Positions 60,338-64,000 of a DNA stretch of 64,000 nt are shown in pieces. The position numbers and the translations under genes are program-made. Below the pieces are notes generated by a model. It did not search any database, had not been told where the DNA came from, and worked only from the letters and a program-made list of their open reading frames with translations. Source of the stretch: an uncultured Aliarcobacter sp. (GTDB lineage Bacteria; Campylobacterota; Campylobacteria; Campylobacterales; Arcobacteraceae); assembly GCA_963664305.2 (NCBI GenBank), contig CAXXLV010000001.1:864001-928000 (forward strand), read 5' to 3'. The stretch's first letter is position 1; every line of letters starts with the position of its first letter.

Positions 60338-61450
60338 ATGTTAGATGATTATTTTAAGATAGAAGATTTAGACAACAACACTTTAGAACTTTTTTTATTC
60401 AATTCTTGGAATAAAACAAATTTAACACAAATAATTCAAAAATTAGAAAAACTAACTATAAATAAAGAATCAAAAATATCTGTAGATTTCAAAGATTTAA
60501 TAGATTGTGATAGCTCAGCCATAATCTATCTAATCTCATTTTTAAAAAACTTTCAAAAAGAGAATATAACTTTTAAGAATTTTGATAAATATGAAAAGAT
60601 TTATACTTTTTATGAAAAACATTATCAAGATGAAGCTTTTGAAGAAAAAGATGAGAATAAATTTTTTGAAAATGTCGGTAAAAAAGCTTATGAATTGTAT
60701 CTTTCAACAATTCATTTTCTAACTTTTGTTGGAAAAGTTTTTTATTTTTTACTATATTCACTTTTAAATCCAAAAAAAATTAGATTTAAAGCGATGTTAA
60801 AATATATGGATACATCAGCTGTAAATGCACTTTTAATAGTTGCAGTTACCTCATTTTTAGTGGGTGTGGTAATCGCTTATCAAGGTAGTGTACAACTTGA
60901 AAAATTTGGTGCAAATATATTTATCGTTGAGATGATTAGTATAACTATGTTTAGGGAAATTGCTCCACTTGTAACTGCTATTGTAATAGCCGGGCGAAGT
61001 GCTAGTGCATATACAGCAGAAATTGGAGCTATGAAAATAACAGAAGAGATAGATGCTATGAGAACTATGAACTTTGAGCCGACACTTTTTTTAACGCTTC
61101 CTAGAATTTTAGCTTTATCTATTTCTTTGCCTTTATTGGTTTTTTTTGCTGATGTAATTGGTATTTTGGGAGGAATGGTTATAGCTTATACTAGTTTAGA
61201 TGTTTCATTCGTAGAGTTTATAACTAGACTTGGAAATGAAGTTCCAGTAAAACATTTTATTATGGGAGTCTTTAAAGCTATATTTTTTGGATTTGCAATT
61301 GCAATTATTGGATGTTATCGAGGATTTCAAGTGCAAAACAATACAACAAGTATAGGAAAATATACAACAATAAGTGTTGTAAATTCTATTTTTGTTGTGA
61401 TTTTAATAGATGCTGTTTTCTCTGTAATTTTTACAGAAATGGGAATATAA
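60338..61450 (+). CDS. mlaE: MlaE family ABC permease with N-terminal STAS-like domain
   Basis: REIAPLVTAIVIAGRSASAYTAEIGAMKITEEIDA. Confidence 0.92.
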   Translation: MLDDYFKIEDLDNNTLELFLFNSWNKTNLTQIIQKLEKLTINKESKISVDFKDLIDCDSSAIIYLISFLKNFQKENITFKNFDKYEKIYTFYEKHYQDEAFEEKDENKFFENVGKKAYELYLSTIHFLTFVGKVFYFLLYSLLNPKKIRFKAMLKYMDTSAVNALLIVAVTSFLVGVVIAYQGSVQLEKFGANIFIVEMISITMFREIAPLVTAIVIAGRSASAYTAEIGAMKITEEIDAMRTMNFEPTLFLTLPRILALSISLPLLVFFADVIGILGGMVIAYTSLDVSFVEFITRLGNEVPVKHFIMGVFKAIFFGFAIAIIGCYRGFQVQNNTTSIGKYTTISVVNSIFVVILIDAVFSVIFTEMGI

Positions 61451-62188
61451 ATGAAAATCATAAAAGTAGAAAATTTAACTACCGCTTTTGGAGATAATCT
61501 TGTACATAATAATATTTCATTTGATGTAAACGAAGGTGAAATATTTGGTGTATTAGGTGGAAGTGGTTCTGGAAAAAGTGTATTGGTAAAACAGATTGTA
61601 ATGTTAAATCAAATCCAAAAAGGAACGATAAAAATATTTGATAGGGATATTTCAAAACTATCTTTACAAGAGATTCAAGAATTAAAACTTCAATACTCAT
61701 ATCTTTTCCAATTTGGGGCTTTATACTCTTTTTTAAATGTGATTGAAAATATTTCTGTAATGTTAAAAGAGTATACAAATTTACCAAGGGATTTGATAGA
61801 AAAGATTGCCTATACAAACTTAGATATAGTTGGACTTCCAAAAAGTACAGCAAAACTCTATCCAAGTGAGCTTAGTGGTGGAATGAAAAAAAGAGTAGCA
61901 CTTGCAAGAAGTTTAGCAATGCAACCAAAAATCTTATTTTTAGATGAACCTACAAGCGGGTTAGACCCAGCAAGTACACAAAAAATAAATGAACTTTTGC
62001 TTTATTTAAAAAATAGTTTAAATATTACTATAGTAATAATAACCCATGATTTAGAGACTATTAAAACTGTACTTGATAGATTTATTATAATCAAAAAAGA
62101 TATAATCTTTGATGGAAATATAGATGAAGCACTAAAATCACAAGATGAATTTATCAAAGATTTCTTATCAAATAAAAAGGCTACATAA
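61451..62188 (+). CDS. mlaF: MlaF-like ABC ATPase
   Basis: GGSGSGKS, LSGGMKKRVALAR, DEPTSGLDP. Confidence 0.92.
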   Translation: MKIIKVENLTTAFGDNLVHNNISFDVNEGEIFGVLGGSGSGKSVLVKQIVMLNQIQKGTIKIFDRDISKLSLQEIQELKLQYSYLFQFGALYSFLNVIENISVMLKEYTNLPRDLIEKIAYTNLDIVGLPKSTAKLYPSELSGGMKKRVALARSLAMQPKILFLDEPTSGLDPASTQKINELLLYLKNSLNITIVIITHDLETIKTVLDRFIIIKKDIIFDGNIDEALKSQDEFIKDFLSNKKAT

Positions 62189-63108
62189 TGGATACAAAAA
62201 TTAATTTTTTTAAAATAGGAGTATTTATAAGTGCTCTATTTATTTTTCTTGTTATGGCTATTTTTTGGTTAGGGAAATATGGTTTAGAAGATAAAAAGTA
62301 TGATGAATACTCAATCTTTTTTATGGAATCAGTTTCAGGACTAAATGTAGGTTCAGCTATAAAATATATGGGATTTCAAGTTGGAAATGTAAGTGAGATA
62401 AAAATAAATCCTAAAAATTCAGAAGAGATACAAATAGATATTCAAATCCAAAAAGGAACACCAATCAAAGAAGACAATTATGCAATATTAGGAAATGTTG
62501 GTATAACTGGATTAAAATATATTGAGTTAAAAGGTGGAAGCAATGATTCAAAACTTTTAGCTGCAAATGAAAAAGGAATAAAAGTAATTAAATCAAAAAC
62601 TTCAGCTCTTACAACTTTTGTTGATTCAACAGAAGATATCACAAAAGAAGTAATGATACTTTTAACACAAATGAAAAAAGTTTTAAATGATGAGAATATC
62701 TCAACTTTTTCATCACTTTTAAATAAAAGTGAAAAGAGTATGACAAATATTGAAGAGATAAGTTCATATTTAGTTGAAAATCAAAAGAAGTTTGATGAGG
62801 TTATGAAAGGAATTACTGAGTTTTCAAAAAAAGGTGGAACTTCTTTTGATACGATGAAAAATACTGCAAATGACTTTAGTAAATTATCAAAAGAGTTGCA
62901 ACGAGAAATTAACAATGGAAATTATAATTTAAAAGAGATAACTCAAGATAGTTTTGATAATTTAAATAGTGTTTTAAAAAGTTTAGAAAATAGTTTACTT
63001 CAAATGCAAGATTTAATAAATAGTATAAATGAAAGTCCAAGTGATTTAATACTAAAACAAAAAAGCATAAAATATGGACCAGGGGAAGAAGATGACAAAA
63101 CAAAGTAA
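62188..63108 (+). CDS. mlaD: MCE/MlaD family protein
   Basis: N-terminal TM; SVSGLNVGSAIKYMG..VG; GITGLKYIEL; helical C-terminus. Confidence 0.9.
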   Translation: MDTKINFFKIGVFISALFIFLVMAIFWLGKYGLEDKKYDEYSIFFMESVSGLNVGSAIKYMGFQVGNVSEIKINPKNSEEIQIDIQIQKGTPIKEDNYAILGNVGITGLKYIELKGGSNDSKLLAANEKGIKVIKSKTSALTTFVDSTEDITKEVMILLTQMKKVLNDENISTFSSLLNKSEKSMTNIEEISSYLVENQKKFDEVMKGITEFSKKGGTSFDTMKNTANDFSKLSKELQREINNGNYNLKEITQDSFDNLNSVLKSLENSLLQMQDLINSINESPSDLILKQKSIKYGPGEEDDKTK

Positions 63109-63679
63109 TAGGATTTTAATTTTTATATTTTTGATTATATTTACTGGATGTGATTTAAAACAAAATAGTATAGACATAAATCATTATTCAATAGATTTTA
63201 AATCAAAAGAGATAGTTAAAAAAACAAAACTGGAATCAATTTTTATTGAAGAACCCAATGTAAATAAAAGTTTTAATCTTACATCTATTTTCTATAACAC
63301 AAAACCATATTTATTTGAAGAATATGCAAAAAATAGATGGATAAATGTACCTAGTAATATGATTTATAATCAGTTATTAGACTCTTTTAATTCAAGTAAA
63401 CTTTTTACAAATGTAATCTCTAAAGATTCTAAATTAGAACATAAATACAATTTAAAAACAGATATTATAAAACTTTATCATAGTTTTGAAAATGACAAAT
63501 CTTATGCAATTTTAAAAATCAAATTTGATTTAATTGAAGATAAAAAAGTTATAAAATCATACAGTTATGACAAAAAAGTTTTATGTAAAACAAATGATGC
63601 TTATGGATTTGTAGAGGCTTTAAATAAAAGTTTTGAAGAAGTTGTAAATTATTTACTAAACAACTTCTCTCTTATCTAA
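63092..63679 (+). CDS. ABC-type transport auxiliary lipoprotein (PqiC-like)
   Basis: Lipobox IFTG-C; YAKNRW..P motif; follows MCE gene. Confidence 0.8.
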   Translation: MTKQSNRILIFIFLIIFTGCDLKQNSIDINHYSIDFKSKEIVKKTKLESIFIEEPNVNKSFNLTSIFYNTKPYLFEEYAKNRWINVPSNMIYNQLLDSFNSSKLFTNVISKDSKLEHKYNLKTDIIKLYHSFENDKSYAILKIKFDLIEDKKVIKSYSYDKKVLCKTNDAYGFVEALNKSFEEVVNYLLNNFSLI

Positions 63680-64000
63680 TCTTTTTGCAATCATTGGAGC
63701 AATATTCATAACTATTAAAAGTCTTACAATATGATGTAAGGTGATAAAAGGAAGATTTGCTCCTACTAATATAGCAATTAAGTTTATCTCAGATTGACCT
63801 CCTGGTCCATATGCTAATAAAATAGAAAGAATAGGGAAGTCAAAAAGATTATATGTAATAGAGATAAATACTGCACATAAAATCACTAAAATTATAAAAT
63901 GTCCTAAAGTTGAAAATAGGGTTTTTGCAATAGTTTGAAGACTTACTCCTTTAAAAGTAAATCCAATAATTGTTCCGAATACAACTTGAATAAATTTTAA
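63656..64000 (-). CDS. AbrB-family membrane protein (aidB regulator / putative ammonia monooxygenase family), 5' end beyond the window
   Basis: LAYGPGGQSEINLIA...HHIVRLL motif; hydrophobic; frame continues to the window edge. Confidence 0.8.
   Translation of the reverse strand, partial: LKFIQVVFGTIIGFTFKGVSLQTIAKTLFSTLGHFIILVILCAVFISITYNLFDFPILSILLAYGPGGQSEINLIAILVGANLPFITLHHIVRLLIVMNIAPMIAKRLDKREVV

Overview
Very AT-rich bacterial chromosomal window. Gene content and order (purM/coaE/dapF, ispDF-HP1021-like regulator-pgpA, hisZ-purA-DUF507-carA) point to Campylobacterota, most likely Arcobacteraceae; this is an inference. Bases 1-15.5 kb hold the 3' part of a tightly coupled type IV filament (pilus/T2SS-superfamily) operon. 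It has a probable major pilin cut by the window edge, a lipoprotein secretin, a PilC/GspF platform protein, a PilB/GspE ATPase, alignment-type proteins, a PilP-like/SH3 protein and a degenerate kinase-like protein. It also has four paralogous exported proteins that share a pilin-like N-terminal module behind an ordinary Sec-type signal peptide; two of them carry RCC1-like propellers and a shared C-terminal motif. The rest is mostly housekeeping genes (purT, dapF, coaE, purM, hisZ, purA, carA, pgpA, ispDF, thiC, mrp, hisIE, ilvE, ribA, metH, luxS, Mla/MCE transporter) plus a MarR-led redox/aromatic-detox cluster. Read directly from the DNA: two probable non-AUG starts (ATC, ATA) that restore signal peptides, a duplicated MarR operator inside a perfect sigma70 promoter, a shared TGCAA-N5-TTGCA box with identical promoter geometry at two zinc-protein genes, and several palindromic terminators. 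I saw no rRNA, tRNA, CRISPR array or mobile element. All product calls come from motif recognition, not database searches.
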